From the NCBI RefSeq assembly GCF_001194135.2, contig NC_068998.1:39619085-39683084 (forward strand): a DNA stretch of 64,000 bases, read 5' to 3'. Position numbers and translations under genes: made by a program. This DNA comes from Octopus bimaculoides (taxonomy: Eukaryota). The notes under the pieces were generated by a model, which ran no database searches, was not told the origin of the DNA, and worked only from the letters and a program-made list of their open reading frames with translations. Shown here in pieces: positions 13,623 through 26,569 of this stretch (position 1 is the first letter of the stretch; every line of letters starts with the position of its first letter).

Positions 13623-14189
13623 ATGAAGTTTGTATCATATAACCAAGGGCAGTTTCATGCAGGTTGGTATCAAGAAAGGTCAAGCCAACAAAAGAACTTC
13701 AACAGTGTCACACAAGCTGCTAGAAATAGCATCCAAATTTCCCTCAAATCAGAGTCTTCTGTCTTATACAAGGAAGGATACACTGAAGAATGTTGTCCTA
13801 GAGGCACTATCATCACAGTTATTATTATTATCATCATCTTTCTTAGGTTTGCTTTTCTTATATTGGCATAATAGGACAAAACTTCTTGAGATAATAGTAT
13901 TTATTCTATGGCTCAATGCTCTTTCTGACGCTTAACCTTACTTGTTTTCAAGTAATGCATTTCATTCCACATGTTTATGCATGTTAAGAGGCCAACCTGA
14001 GGGATTTTTGTTCTATAGGAGACACCATGACTTGCTCCTACTTTCTCCACCTTGCCCTGCATTTGTGGGATCAAGTCCAGCACATGTTGCAGCTGATCAT
14101 AGAAGTCATCTTTAGTGGGGTCTGAGCTAGCCTCAGTCAGTGCTTAAGCAGAGATGATGTGTGTTTTGATTGTTCCAGTGATGGTGAGG

Positions 14190-14480
14190 ACTGCCAAGGT
14201 GATCTCAAACAACAGCATCTGAAAACAATGCCAACAGCACTCAAGCATTGACAACCAAGACTGGCAGTGCAGGCTACAGTAGTTTGGCCACATCTACAGG
14301 ATGAGCACAAGAAGACTACCACACCTACTTTTACAGTGGCAGCTACCCACACATTGGAGAATCCAATGCAGTGTACCAAAGAAAACATGGGTGAAACAAA
14401 CTGAGGAAGACCTGAGATTGCAGTGCCTTGATCTCAAGCATGCTAAGACTAGCAACATCATCAAAGTACATCATTCAGTG
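14190..14480 (+). pseudogene. RTE-clade LINE ORF2 C-terminal remnant
   Basis: RLQ*FGHIYRMSTRRLPHLLLQWQLPTHWRIQCSVPKKTWVKQTEEDL matches the RLRWFGH...RLP...GRPKKTW pattern. Confidence 0.7.
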
Positions 14481-15159
14481 GCATCCAGAGTAGCATATTG
14501 GTTGAGAGAACAGCCCCCACCCTGTGGTTTCCAGCTAGGGATTTTACTTATTTACTTTCCCCTCCAACTCATATTCTCAACTGACCACACCTCTATTCCT
14601 CTTTAATGCATCTCTATCCATTTGCTACTCTCTTACACTCTCCCACCTCATTCTCTTCAATCTGTATCACTTCTTGTATATTCACCTTTCTGTAACTTGA
14701 GGGCATACCCTGACATATCTTCACCACCATCTGATTTCTTTTCCAACCAGGGTAACCACATTTTTCCACTACAGCAAGACATTTGTACTTGTCTCTCAGT
14801 CATAATTTAACCTCTCATCATTTGGCATAAAGCCATCTCCTTCAAAAGTACATCTCCTCGTTTGAAGGATTTTTGTCTTGTGAGATACTTGGCTACCTCA
14901 CTGGTGCTGGTGCAACATAAAAAAAAGCACCCAGTACACTGTGTAAAGTGGTTGGCATTAAGAAGGGTATCCGGCAGTGGAAACATTCCCAAAACAGACA
15001 CTGGAGCTTGACACAGTTCTCTGGCTTGCCAACTCCTGTCACACTCTCCGACCCATGCCAGCATGGAAAATGAACATTAAATGATGATGATGAACAGATG
15101 TCATTGCTGTACAAGGGGTGTCAATGTGGATGACACATGGAGACAAACACACACACAGA

Positions 15160-15216
15160 CGATTATAAATATATGTATGCTAGAATATATATGTGTACAC
15201 AAAGACATACACATGC

Positions 15217-15261
<45 letters not shown>

Positions 15262-15344
15262 TATATACACACACAAACACATACACACACAAACATATAT
15301 ATATTTAAAGAATATATATGTATAAAAATATGAATATACCCATG

Positions 15345-15377
<33 letters not shown>

Positions 15378-15663
15378 GCATATACACATACATATATATG
15401 CATACACAAATACATATATATGCATACACAAATACACACATATATATATATATATATATATACATACATGTATAAGCATATGCACATACATATATACATA
15501 TACACATACATATATATATGCATATACACATACATATATATATATGCATATACACATGCATGCATATATATATATATGCATATACACATGCATGAATATA
15601 TATATATATATATATGGATATACACATGCATGAATATATATATATATATATGNNNNNNNNNNN

Positions 15664-15700
<37 letters not shown>
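15160..15700. repeat. Compound (TA)/(CA) microsatellite
   Basis: Direct inspection; source of many spurious YIY/HTH ORFs. Confidence 0.95.
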
Positions 15701-17701
15701 AATTAAACGGTGATATCAACATTTAGTCATCTTCCTCCAGAGCTCTAGAATTTCCCACCCCGATCCCTAACACCACCACCACCATCCCACAACTGTGTTT
15801 ATAATCAACATATGATGATCCCCGCTGGCTGATAAGCCTCAGGAGACTGGTTGGTTATCTGGGGGAGAGGGAGGGTCTGGTCTGGTCTGGTCTGGTCTGG
15901 TTGGGTAAGATATGTTTACATGTGGGTCGCACCAGCACTAACATTTCTAATAAAGCTTTCATCTCACCATCAACTGCCATCCCTTAAATTAGGACGACCT
16001 CACTCAAATCCACCAGTGTGTCTTCACCTAAAAATAGTTGCCAACTTCTTCAACCACTCAACTATGAATTAGTAAAACATCTCTTACCCTTCCCCTCTCT
16101 CCCCCTTTCCTTTACCTCTCCTCTCCTCTCTCTCTCTCTCTCTCTCTCTCCAGCTTCTTCCATATTCTCTTCCTCTTATCTTCTGAAATTATTTTCTATC
16201 CTTTTATAACCTAAATACTACATTTCATCTTCTCCCTCCAGGGCATTTAAATTTTTATTTAGCTTTATAGGATTATTGGTTGGTTTTTTTTTCTCCTTTG
16301 ATTTACATTTTTTGAGGGGGTGTTATGTATTTATATTTCTGTGGGTTAGCCAATAATTACAAATAAAGACCCATTGTAGACATAAGGCTGTGTTAATCTG
16401 ACTTAAACATTGAATCTTAACTAAGCAGTTCAGTATAAATGAGCACTGAGTTTTTGCATACATGCTTGTGTGCATGTGTGTGTGTGTGTATTGACCTAAG
16501 CAACTCAATCCAAAGGAGCTTAATAAATGCACCTACACATTATCATTTTACCAGCTAGAAATAGCAGCAAAATCTCTCTTAACTCACCACACCATATTGT
16601 TTTATAAAAGAAAAGAACACATAAGATTATGCAGCCATAAATACATTGGAAAGAAAGAAAGGAAAGAAAAAGAAAAGAGGGAAAGATGACCAAGAGGAGT
16701 AGGTGGTAGTTGCAGCTGGAACCTGGAACACTATATAACCATAGGATCACAGGACCAATTAGTTTGTTTGATCTTGGCTGTGGCAGGAAGAGTGTGAGAA
16801 ACAACAATGACACTAAGTCCTTAAGTGGAAAATGACAGATAGAAAAGAAACTTCTTGACATTAAGAGAAAGAGTAGGGTAAGGATAAGGATGACTGCAGA
16901 CAGAGCCCATTAGCTTAATGTGTGTGTGTGTAAATCTAAAGAAATAAGATTCATAATTCATCTGTTAATGTGTAGGAGCATCAGGGGCCTTGATTCTATA
17001 AAGCATAAAACTTAGTCATTATTTTTTCTTTATTTTTTTTTCCATGTCTTACCATAAGGGCAGCAGATGGAAGAATCCAGCGGAAGACAAAATAACTTTT
17101 ATATTTTTTATGGGTTGAATTATGGCTGACTTGGTCTATTTAACAATATCTTAATTCCCTTCCGGGAAATCTACTTAACAAAAGGATTAATCATTCATTA
17201 GAATTAAAAAGAAAAAAGAACTTTACTAGTATCAGTCAAGTAATATGGTTGACTTAGTCAACTTCAAATCAGAAACTAGGACTTTCTAAGGCAGTCTAAT
17301 AGTGTGTTTTCCAGTGTACAAGTTGACATACTATTTAGTGTAAACATGTAGTGTAAACTTCAGGCATCGTCACTATTTTACCAAAACCTGTTGCAATTCA
17401 CATGGAATGTTTAGTCCCCCAAAGTCATATTAGTGTGTAAGTAAACTTACCTTTACTGACTAAATTTTGGTCTGAAAAATTCAACTTGTATGATTATGGT
17501 ACTGTCTTCAACTTTGATGGCAGTGTATACAACACTGGTTGGTACAGAGTTATATTGGCCCTCAGGGTTGGATTAAGACCCAAAGGGGCTCACAGATTTT
17601 GGTGCCCTCATATATATGCAATTCAAAATATAAACAACAATAAACCATGAAATAAATGTTTAGCTTTCAAAATAAAACTAAACTAATGTTAAGATGGTAT
17701 A

Positions 17702-18103
17702 GGCGTAGGAGTGGCTGTGTGGTAAGAAGCTTTCTTACCAACCATATGGTTCCAGGTTCAGTCCCATTGCGTGGCACTTTGGGCAAGTGTCTTCTACTAT
17801 AGTCTTGGGCCGACCAAAGCCTTGTGAGTGGATTTGGTAGACGGAAACTGAAAGAAGCCCATCGTATATATATGTATATACATATGTGTGTGTGTATGTT
17901 TGTGTGTCTATGTTTGTCCCCCCAACATCGCTTGACAACCGATGCTAGTGTGTTTACGTCCCCGTAACTTAGCAGTTCGGCAGAAGAGACCGATAGAATA
18001 GGTTTGCAAAGAATAAGTCCTGGGGTCAATTTGCTCGACTAAAGGCGGTGCTCCAGCATGGCCACAGTCAAATGACTGAAACAAGTAAAAGAGTAAAAGA
18101 GTA
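17702..18103 (+). mobile_element. Family A SINE, full length
   Basis: Colinear with 3035-3443. Confidence 0.9.
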
Positions 18104-18339
18104 TGGAAAATAATGTTTATTTCTGTATACTTCCACTTTATTTAAATTTGAGAAGTTTTCTCCTACCTTTTCCTTAATTGCAAAATCTTTGATTTGGGAC
18201 ACCATGAACACTTAGAAATTATATTCTGATCATATAAACCACTTTGTAAGTGATTTCTTTTGTGCCATTAACCATTTACCATTTCTCTGGTGCCCCACTC
18301 CTTCCCTTGACACCTTAAGCATGTGCTTATTTTGCTTAA

Positions 18340-18555
18340 CCCTTCAGCATTTAAACCAGCCATATCCAGCCAAAATATTCTATTTGTTTTATGTCCAAGC
18401 TCGCCAGAACTGGTCTCTCACATCTACCCAACAATATCATTCTAAAAATTAACAGTTACCTCATTGAAATCTCAAAGCCACAAAATAATGAATAATTCAA
18501 AACAATGTCAATGAATAAGCATTACTTTTGATAGAATAATGTGAATGATAAAGGG
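18340..18555. mobile_element. piggyBac-type MITE (TTAA)
   Basis: TTAA-CCCTTCAGCATT...ATAAAGGG-TTAA. Confidence 0.75.
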
Positions 18556-19119
18556 TTAATAGTTAATCCAGTGCTTTTGGCCCTAATCCTTCCTATAGAC
18601 TACATCAATGTCATGAAGAGGGGAGGATCTGTTGTAGACTTCCATAAAACCCTTTCCATGCCTGTACTCTCAGAGATAATACTCCAGTGTCACCTCACTG
18701 TGCTCTGCTAACTTAGATCAAAGAATGACTTAACCCAGTGCTAATCCATGTTTCACTGCATTTCTGACAACAATAGTGAAAGGGATTGTCTGTAACTTGT
18801 TGAGGAACAAATATCACCAGAGACTTCATTAAAAAAAAGTGTTATTTTTTGTGGCATTTTATTTTTTTCTTGCTGATGCTTACATCCTTCTCCAATTATA
18901 CATTGGCAAAAATTCTCAGACATTTGGCCATGTGAATATAAAGTTTGCTTCACAAACATGTGGCTGCAGGTTCAGTCCCATTTTATAGCATTTTGGAGAA
19001 ATATTTTGTACAATAACCTTAAGCTAAACAATGCTTTGTGAGTGAAACTGCAGAAGCCCTATAAACATGTGTGTGTGTATCTGAATGCATGTACGTGTGT
19101 ATATATGTGCATGTGTGTT

Positions 19120-19157
<38 letters not shown>

Positions 19158-19173
19158 TCGAGAGAGAGAGAGA

Positions 19174-19629
19174 NNNNNNNNNNNNNNNNNNNNNNNNNNN
19201 NNNNNNNNNNNNNNNNNNNNNNNNNNNNNNNNNNNNNNNNNNNNNNNNNNNNNNNNNNNNNNNNNNNNNNNNNNNNNNNNNNNNNNNNNNNNNNNNNNNN
19301 NNNNNNNNNNNNNNNNNNNNNNNNNNNNNNNNNNNNNNNNNNNNNNNNNNNNNNNNNNNNNNNNNNNNNNNNNNNNNNNNNNNNNNNNNNNNNNNNNNNN
19401 NNNNNNNNNNNNNNNNNNNNNNNNNNNNNNNNNNNNNNNNNNNNNNNNNNNNNNNNNNNNNNNNNNNNNNNNNNNNNNNNNNNNNNNNNNNNNNNNNNNN
19501 NNNNNNNNNNNNNNNNNNNNNNNNNNNNNNNNNNNNNNNNNNNNNNNNNNNNNNNNNNNNNNNNNNNNNNNNNNNNNNNNNNNNNNNNNNNNNNNNNNNN
19601 NNNNNNNNNNNNNNNNNNNNNNNNNNNNN
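19174..19629. other. Assembly gap (N run)
   Basis: Other N runs: 15653-15663, 21726-21805, 22918-22951, 25994-26490, 53073-53172, 60991-61080. Confidence 1.
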
Positions 19630-20155
19630 TCTCTATCACACACATGCACACACACACAACAGAGTCACACACATATTTATTCTCCTGTTGGTTAAGTAAT
19701 GGGAGCAGACAAGATATTTTTCAGTGCTTTACTCAGGGTTAGGTGGAACTAGGTTAAATAAGTAGTGCTAGGAAAAGTTGGGTGGAGTGGGGGTGGGAAC
19801 ACGGGTGGGTGGATGGGAGGGTGAGAGATGAGACAAGATATTTCCAGTAGCACCTCTCCACCCACTGACGGCTGCACGTAAGGGGGGTGGGGTGGAGGGG
19901 TTAGTGGACACCACACCACCATCACACCAGCAACAGGATATACAAACACGTCTCTTCAGGCTACAAAAACCAGCTTTACCCCACTCCACCAACACGACAG
20001 CCATTCAGTCATATACAAGTTCCCCTTAATAAAGTTATAAAACAACAGCTCAGACCTGCCAAGTTGTGGTTATTGTTGTTGTGACACAATAATAGTAGTA
20101 GTAGAAGTAGTAGTTGCTGTGTTAAAGAAATAGTGGTAGGTGTTGTTGTTGTTGT

Positions 20156-20186
<31 letters not shown>

Positions 20187-20654
20187 CTGTTGTGTCAAAG
20201 AAGTAGTAGTAGTAGCAGCAGTAGTAATTGTGTCACAGCAACATCATTGACATCATCATCAAAATCATTATTGTCATTGTCAACCTTATCCTCCTCATCA
20301 CTCTCTTTGTCAACACCGTCATTGTTGTTCATCATCATTGTTGCCATTATTGTTGACATCATCAGCATTATCAACAGCATCACAGCTGACATCATCATCA
20401 TCATCATCAACATCATCATCCTCATCGTTAAAATAATCATCTTATTGTCATTTAACTGCTGCTTCTCCATGTTAGCACAAGTTAAATAACCCTATCATGG
20501 GCCATGAGGCACTGCCATCTAAAGGCATTGGCACAGTGAGCAAACGTCCAAGAGCCACATAGCTCTATGGGCCCAGTGCATTGATTTGTTCGGATGTGGT
20601 GGGGGGAAATATATCTGCTAAGATGACCCTACCTAAAGTCAGTTTAATAGTGGA

Positions 20655-20815
20655 GGGTAGTCGTGGAGGCATGTGGCTTAGTGGTTAGTGTGCTGGACTC
20701 ATGATTCCTGGGTTGGATGATGGCATTGTGTTCCTGAGCAAAACACTTCATTTCATGTCTCTCAGCTGTTAAAAATGAGTAACCCTGTGATGGACTGGCA
20801 TCCCATCCAGGAAAA
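20655..20815 (+). mobile_element. tRNA-head SINE with V-domain-like 3' part
   Basis: GTGGCTTAGTGGTTAG head; GTGATGGACTGGCATCCCATCCAGG resembles the V-SINE domain as recalled. Confidence 0.55.
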
Positions 20816-20823
20816 AATATATA

Positions 20824-20860
<37 letters not shown>

Positions 20861-21122
20861 GTTTATGAATTTGTGTTGCAAGATTCCTGATGTGAATGGA
20901 ATAAGCAGAGCAAGAGCACACACGAAGACGGAAAATGTCGTTGAGGCAGTCACAGATGTGTGACGAAAGATTTCCAGACAATGGACATGAGCTAGAATAA
21001 GAACAGAAATAAATGAGTGAAGAATGAATATTTAGTGCATGTGTTTATTTGGCAAAGAAAAGAAATGACTATTCCAAATAAAATATGCATATTTCTTTTT
21101 TTACTGGGAAAGGCTGGTTTAT

Positions 21123-21183
21123 AGGGTTACTCTGGGTTTCCCATTCATAAAGGGTTTAACTTTATGGCGTATCGTCAGACCCC
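21123..21183 (-). ncRNA. Hammerhead-like motif with long stem II (minus strand)
   Basis: ggggt-CTGACGA-tacgccataaagttaaaccctttatgaatgg-GAAA-cccagag-TA-accct; stem I GGGGT/ACCCT; CATAAAG/CTTTATG hairpin between the core boxes. Confidence 0.5.
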
Positions 21184-21223
21184 AAGACCTGTTGGCCTAT
21201 GAGGTCTTAGGCCAATAGGTTTT

Positions 21224-21284
21224 GGGGTCTGATGATATGTCATAAAGTTAAACCCTTTATGGATGGGAAACCCAAGGTAAGCAC
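21224..21284 (+). ncRNA. Hammerhead-like motif with long stem II (plus-strand mirror copy)
   Basis: ggggt-CTGATGA-31 nt-GAAA-cccaagg-TA-agcac; stem I disrupted. Confidence 0.45.
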
Positions 21285-21364
21285 ATAAATCGGCCTTCCC
21301 CAGTAAAAGAAAACATTGACTGCTCTACTTCTTAGAAAGTGCTTTTCCAGATTTCTATATATAT

Positions 21365-21700
21365 CATCATTGTTTAACGTCTGCTTTCCATGCTAGCATG
21401 GGTTGGACGATTTGACTGAGGACTGGTGAACAAGATGGCTGCACCAGATTCCAATCTGATCTGGCAGAATTTCTACAGCTGGATGTCCTTCCTAACGCCA
21501 ACCACTCCGAGAGTGTAGTGGGTGCTTTTACGTGCCACCGGCACGAGGGCCAGTCTGGCAGTACTAGCAACGTCCAAGCTCAAATGGTGTTTTTTACGTG
21601 CCACCTGCACAGGAGCCAGTCCAGCGGCACTGGCAACGACCTCGCTCGAATGTTTTGTTCACGTGCCACCGGCACAAGTGCCAGTAAGGTGACGCTGGTA
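21365..21700 (-). mobile_element. RTE-like LINE 3' end
   Basis: Reverse complement of the 48560-48860 family, with three GTGCCACC subrepeats. Confidence 0.75.
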
Positions 21701-22016
21701 ATATATATATATATATATATATATANNNNNNNNNNNNNNNNNNNNNNNNNNNNNNNNNNNNNNNNNNNNNNNNNNNNNNNNNNNNNNNNNNNNNNNNNNN
21801 NNNNNCTTGAATGAAATACACCCCGTTTCTTGTCACTCCAGTTCACTCAGCTGGCAAAAATGAGCAATCCTGAGACAAACTGGCATCCCATCCAATGAAG
21901 AGAAACCAGCCCTATGTTCCTTGCAGAGTAATGTGGACTACCCGTAACCATAAACCTTCTTAAAATTGCTCCGGGACTACAATTAGCTCCTACATTCCTG
22001 TTGTGACATAGTTTCT

Positions 22017-22256
22017 TATTCCTTATTTCTTTATTGCCCACAAGGGGCTAAACATAGAGGGGACAAACAAGGATAGACAAAGGGATTAAGTCAATTACAT
22101 CGACCCCCAGTGTGTAACTGGTACTTAATTTATCGACCCCGAAAGGATGAAAGGCAAAGTCGATCTTGGCGGAATTTGAACTCAGAACGTAATGGCAGAC
22201 AAAATACAGCTTAGCATTTCGCCTGGAGTGCTAACCGTTTCTGCCAGCCTGCTGCC
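22017..22256 (-). mobile_element. Family B SINE variant with a perfect 16-bp TSD
   Basis: TTGTGACATAGTTTCT at 22001-22016 and 22257-22272. Confidence 0.9.
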
Positions 22257-22599
22257 TTGTGACATAGTTTCTATGGTTGGATACCTTTCCTGTTGGCAAC
22301 CACTTTACAGAATTACAAATATAGCAGCAGCAGTTGCTGCTGCTGCTGCTGCTGCTACTGTTCTTTAGCTCAAATCAACCTTGACAAACCAGGCCTAGAA
22401 CCAAAGACAATCCAACCATAACCAACACCATCTTTTTCCTATGTAGAGGAACCACGTTATCAAATACGTCCTTTCCTAAGATGATATGGTGTGTGATTCA
22501 AAGGAAAAATATGCTGCTACTTCTAGCATCTTGAGTTACCACGTAGAGATTCCTTCTTCATTGACTCAAGGAGCAGTAGCAATAGTTGTTGTTATTGTT

Positions 22600-22635
22600 A
22601 TTGCTGTCACAGCAGTAATAATGGTAATAATTGCT

Positions 22636-22669
<34 letters not shown>

Positions 22670-23585
22670 GTATGACAGATGTTACTATCCAACTGAAATT
22701 GGGGTCTGACCTAGATCTAGTTCTAGAGAGAGATGGGGGGGAAGGAAGGGGTAGGGGATGGAGGCAAAGCGAGCTGAGGAGGGGGGGTAGGTGGTGGAAG
22801 GGATGTGTTGATAAATATGGAAAATTGAAGAAAAGACAAAATACCATCATCATTCTGGAGGGTAGGAGGAAGGTGGAGTGGTGATGGTGGAGGGGAGGAG
22901 TGAGAAGTGGAGGATCCNNNNNNNNNNNNNNNNNNNNNNNNNNNNNNNNNNATGAGAACACAGAAGAAAGGTCATGTGTGGTGGGGGAGGGCAAGTCAGG
23001 GACATGACAGGATGAATATTGGTAACTCAACACCCCTTCAGGGGAAGGGGTGACTGACAGGTGGATGGGTGGTTAGATGGATGGATGGATGGATGGATGA
23101 GTGAATGGGTGGTTGGATATCTCCCCTCCACCCACCCATGGATGCAAGGATGTCTTTTCCTTTACTTGAGTTGGAGCAGTAAATGAGGTGATGATCATGA
23201 TGGTGATGGTGGTGGTGCTGGTGGTGGAGGTGATATTGGCCATAGTTGTGGTAATGATTGCGACAAAGGAGGAGGTGGAGTTGTTGATGGTGGCAGCAGT
23301 GGAGGTATCGTTGTTGTTGTTGTTGTTGTTGGTGGTGGTGGTGATGATGGTGGCGGTGGTGAAGCGCAGTTCGGAGTGATGGTAGGCAGTGGTGGAATTG
23401 TTGGTGGAGGTTCTGATGAGGTGATGGTTGTACCAATGGTGGTGGTGGTAGCAGTGTTGTTGTTGGAGGGTGTGGAAGTGACAGTGGAGGAGTTACTGCT
23501 ATTGTTGTTAGTGATGATGATGATGATGATGATGGTAGTGGTTAGTAATGGTGGTGGTGTTGGTAGTGGTATTGGCAATCCTTGT
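22600..23585. repeat. Purine/GT-rich trinucleotide low-complexity block ((GTA)n,(GGT)n,(GAT)n,(GTT)n,(GGAT)n)
   Basis: Direct inspection; similar blocks at 20085-20460, 31500-31700 and 51415-51505. Confidence 0.9.
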
Positions 23586-23976
23586 GGGTGGAAAACATTT
23601 ACACTGGAATTAGGCTAACTTTTATATGTTACACCTGCTTTACAAACTGATAAGGAAACAACACAGCACCAACAAGTTATCTCACTACTAAGTCATTCAA
23701 CTTGCTAGATATAGTAGGAAAAGCTACCTCAAATAACACTCTACTATTTGAAATCTGCCAACACAGCTCCTGGCAAGTCACTGCACCCTTTCTTTATCTC
23801 TTTAGCATTCAAATCAACCATATCAGGTCAAAATATTTAACCTGTTTTGTGTTGAAACTGGTCAGATCTGGCCTCTAACCGTAACTCTACAATGTCATTC
23901 AAAAACTAAGCAATCACATCATCGAAATTTCCTAACTACAAGATAATGTATGATTAATTCGAAACAATATAAACAT

Positions 23977-24232
23977 TATTCTGTTGTGTCTGGGGAGAGT
24001 CATTTTCTTATCGTGCCTTAAAATTTAACACACTCACCGTTAAAATTTCCACTTATTTCTTATTTTTATTTTCCTAAAATTTTCGTTGCGTCTTGCAACC
24101 TTTTCAATAGTCTTGACTATTTTAGGAAAATAAAAATAAGAAATAAGTGGAAATTTTAACGGTGAGTGTGTTAAATTTTAAGACACGATAAGAAAATGAC
24201 TCTCCCCAGACACAACAGAATATGCTTCAACA
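23977..24232. mobile_element. Long palindromic (fold-back) element
   Basis: TATTCTGTTGTGTCTGGGGAGAGTC... is inverted as ...GACTCTCCCCAGACACAACAGAATA; arms ~115 bp. Confidence 0.8.
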
Positions 24233-24571
24233 TGTCCAAGTGGAAGGTACTAGGGACACATTTCATTTTGATGACACAAAGATAATTTGCTTTCAAAGTG
24301 GCATGGCAGCTCCAGTATGGCCAAGAAGAGGATTACAAATTAAAAAAAAAATATTTCTAAAATAGGAATAAGGTTAGAAATTCGCAGGGAAGGATCAGTC
24401 AATAAATTTGAGCCTGGTATGTGACTGGTACTTTACTGAATTCAGAATGCTGAAAGCAGTGGGGATCTGAACTCAGGATGTATAGAACTGAAACAAATAC
24501 TACAAGGCATTTCGTCTGATGCTCTTATGATTTTGCCAATCTACCATACCATCCTGCATAATGAATAATAA

Positions 24572-25007
24572 TAATCCTTTGTACTAAAGGCACAAGGACT
24601 GAAATTTGTGGGGAGGGGACTAGTCAATTACATCAATCCCAATGTGTTACTGGTGTTTAATTTATCAACCCTGAAAGGATGTAAGGCAAAGTTGACCTCA
24701 GCAGAATTTGAACTCTGAATGCAAAGACACAAAATGATGCTAAGCATTTTGCTTGGTGTGCTAACAATTCTACCAGCTTGTCACTTTGATAATGGTTTCA
24801 AATTTTGGCACAAGGCCAGCAATTTGGAGGAGGGGCTAAGTCGATTAAATCAACCCCTGTCCTCAACTGGTACTTACTTTATCAACTCCAGAAGGATGAA
24901 AAATGAAGTCAACCCCGGTGTAAATTGAACTTAGAATGTGAAGACAGATGAAATTCCACTAACCATTTTGCCCAGCATGCTAACAATTCTACCAGCTTGC
25001 TGTCTTA
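24572..25007 (-). mobile_element. Two tandem family B SINEs
   Basis: Two head-to-tail minus-strand copies. Confidence 0.8.
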
Positions 25008-25441
25008 ATAACAACAACAACAACGATATAGTACACTAGCACAAAAGGGAAACAAAAGGAGGCTAATAACATTACCAGGATTATGCACTGGAAATTATGT
25101 GAGAAACAGAACAAGAAAGCATTAGGAGCACCAGCTTGACCCTGAAGTAATAGTGTTAGATGAAGAGAAGCTATTTTGGGCTTCAACAGTTAATGTGATC
25201 ACAAGACACATAAGAGAAAGACCTGATATTGTTATTGCTGAGAAATAGAAAAATACTTTATTGTATAATTAATTGATGTAGCATCACTGGGGGATAACAA
25301 AGTATGTGGAAAGGAGAAGGAAAAAAAACTGGGCAGTGATAAAACTTGAAGAGGGGTTATCTACAAAATGTGGGGCAAGATAAAAGGCTGAAGTGATAAT
25401 AGTGGTAGGGGATGCCTTGGGGACAGTAGCATCAACACCAG

Positions 25442-25475
<34 letters not shown>

Positions 25476-26489
25476 TGTTGATGTCCATTTTCTCTATGTT
25501 TGTTGAGAAGGATTTTCTCTGGCTGGATTCCTTTCCTGTTGTCACATTCACTTGCTTCCAAGTAATGTAATGTTTCTTTATAGTCAGATATGTTTTCACT
25601 GAAGATTGAGATGAACGACATTGTTTTATATGACAGTGATGCTCATTTACAACTATCACATGATGGCAAAAAGGGAGACACAAAACACCTCCATCCATGC
25701 ACACACACACAATACACACATATATATATATAATTTGTGTATATATCAATATTATCTTGGTTGAGAAAACTTCGATAATGTAAATATGTTAATAGTTACC
25801 AGGATAGCAAAAACCACACAAAAACTGGGATATCATACCCGGTTAATGAGTAGAAATTCTATGTTAAAGTGATGTATTTTGAGTAGATATGAAGAATAAT
25901 AATAAATGGAGCAAAATGCGTATAATCAAAGGAACTTATTGATTATATGCGTTTTGCTCCATTTATTATTATTCTTTATATATATATATATATNNNNNNN
26001 NNNNNNNNNNNNNNNNNNNNNNNNNNNNNNNNNNNNNNNNNNNNNNNNNNNNNNNNNNNNNNNNNNNNNNNNNNNNNNNNNNNNNNNNNNNNNNNNNNNN
26101 NNNNNNNNNNNNNNNNNNNNNNNNNNNNNNNNNNNNNNNNNNNNNNNNNNNNNNNNNNNNNNNNNNNNNNNNNNNNNNNNNNNNNNNNNNNNNNNNNNNN
26201 NNNNNNNNNNNNNNNNNNNNNNNNNNNNNNNNNNNNNNNNNNNNNNNNNNNNNNNNNNNNNNNNNNNNNNNNNNNNNNNNNNNNNNNNNNNNNNNNNNNN
26301 NNNNNNNNNNNNNNNNNNNNNNNNNNNNNNNNNNNNNNNNNNNNNNNNNNNNNNNNNNNNNNNNNNNNNNNNNNNNNNNNNNNNNNNNNNNNNNNNNNNN
26401 NNNNNNNNNNNNNNNNNNNNNNNNNNNNNNNNNNNNNNNNNNNNNNNNNNNNNNNNNNNNNNNNNNNNNNNNNNNNNNNNNNNNNNNNN

Positions 26490-26569
<80 letters not shown>

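Larger units (their letters stand above)
21097..21310. mobile_element. ~210-bp palindromic element with mirror hammerhead-like motifs
   Basis: TTTTACTGGGAAAGGC...GCCTTCCCCAGTAAAA termini; centre GGCCTATGAGGTCTTAGGCC. Confidence 0.75.

Noticed and set aside
15081-15722. Many long ORFs rich in YI/HT/CV
   Set aside because: Translations of (TA)/(CA) microsatellite; also 58400-58922 and the ORFs crossing N gaps.
23038-23618. Pro/Thr/His/Gln-rich ORFs resembling a mucin, formin or homeobox tail
   Set aside because: Open in several frames on both strands because of trinucleotide repeats; no splice signals or recognisable domain.
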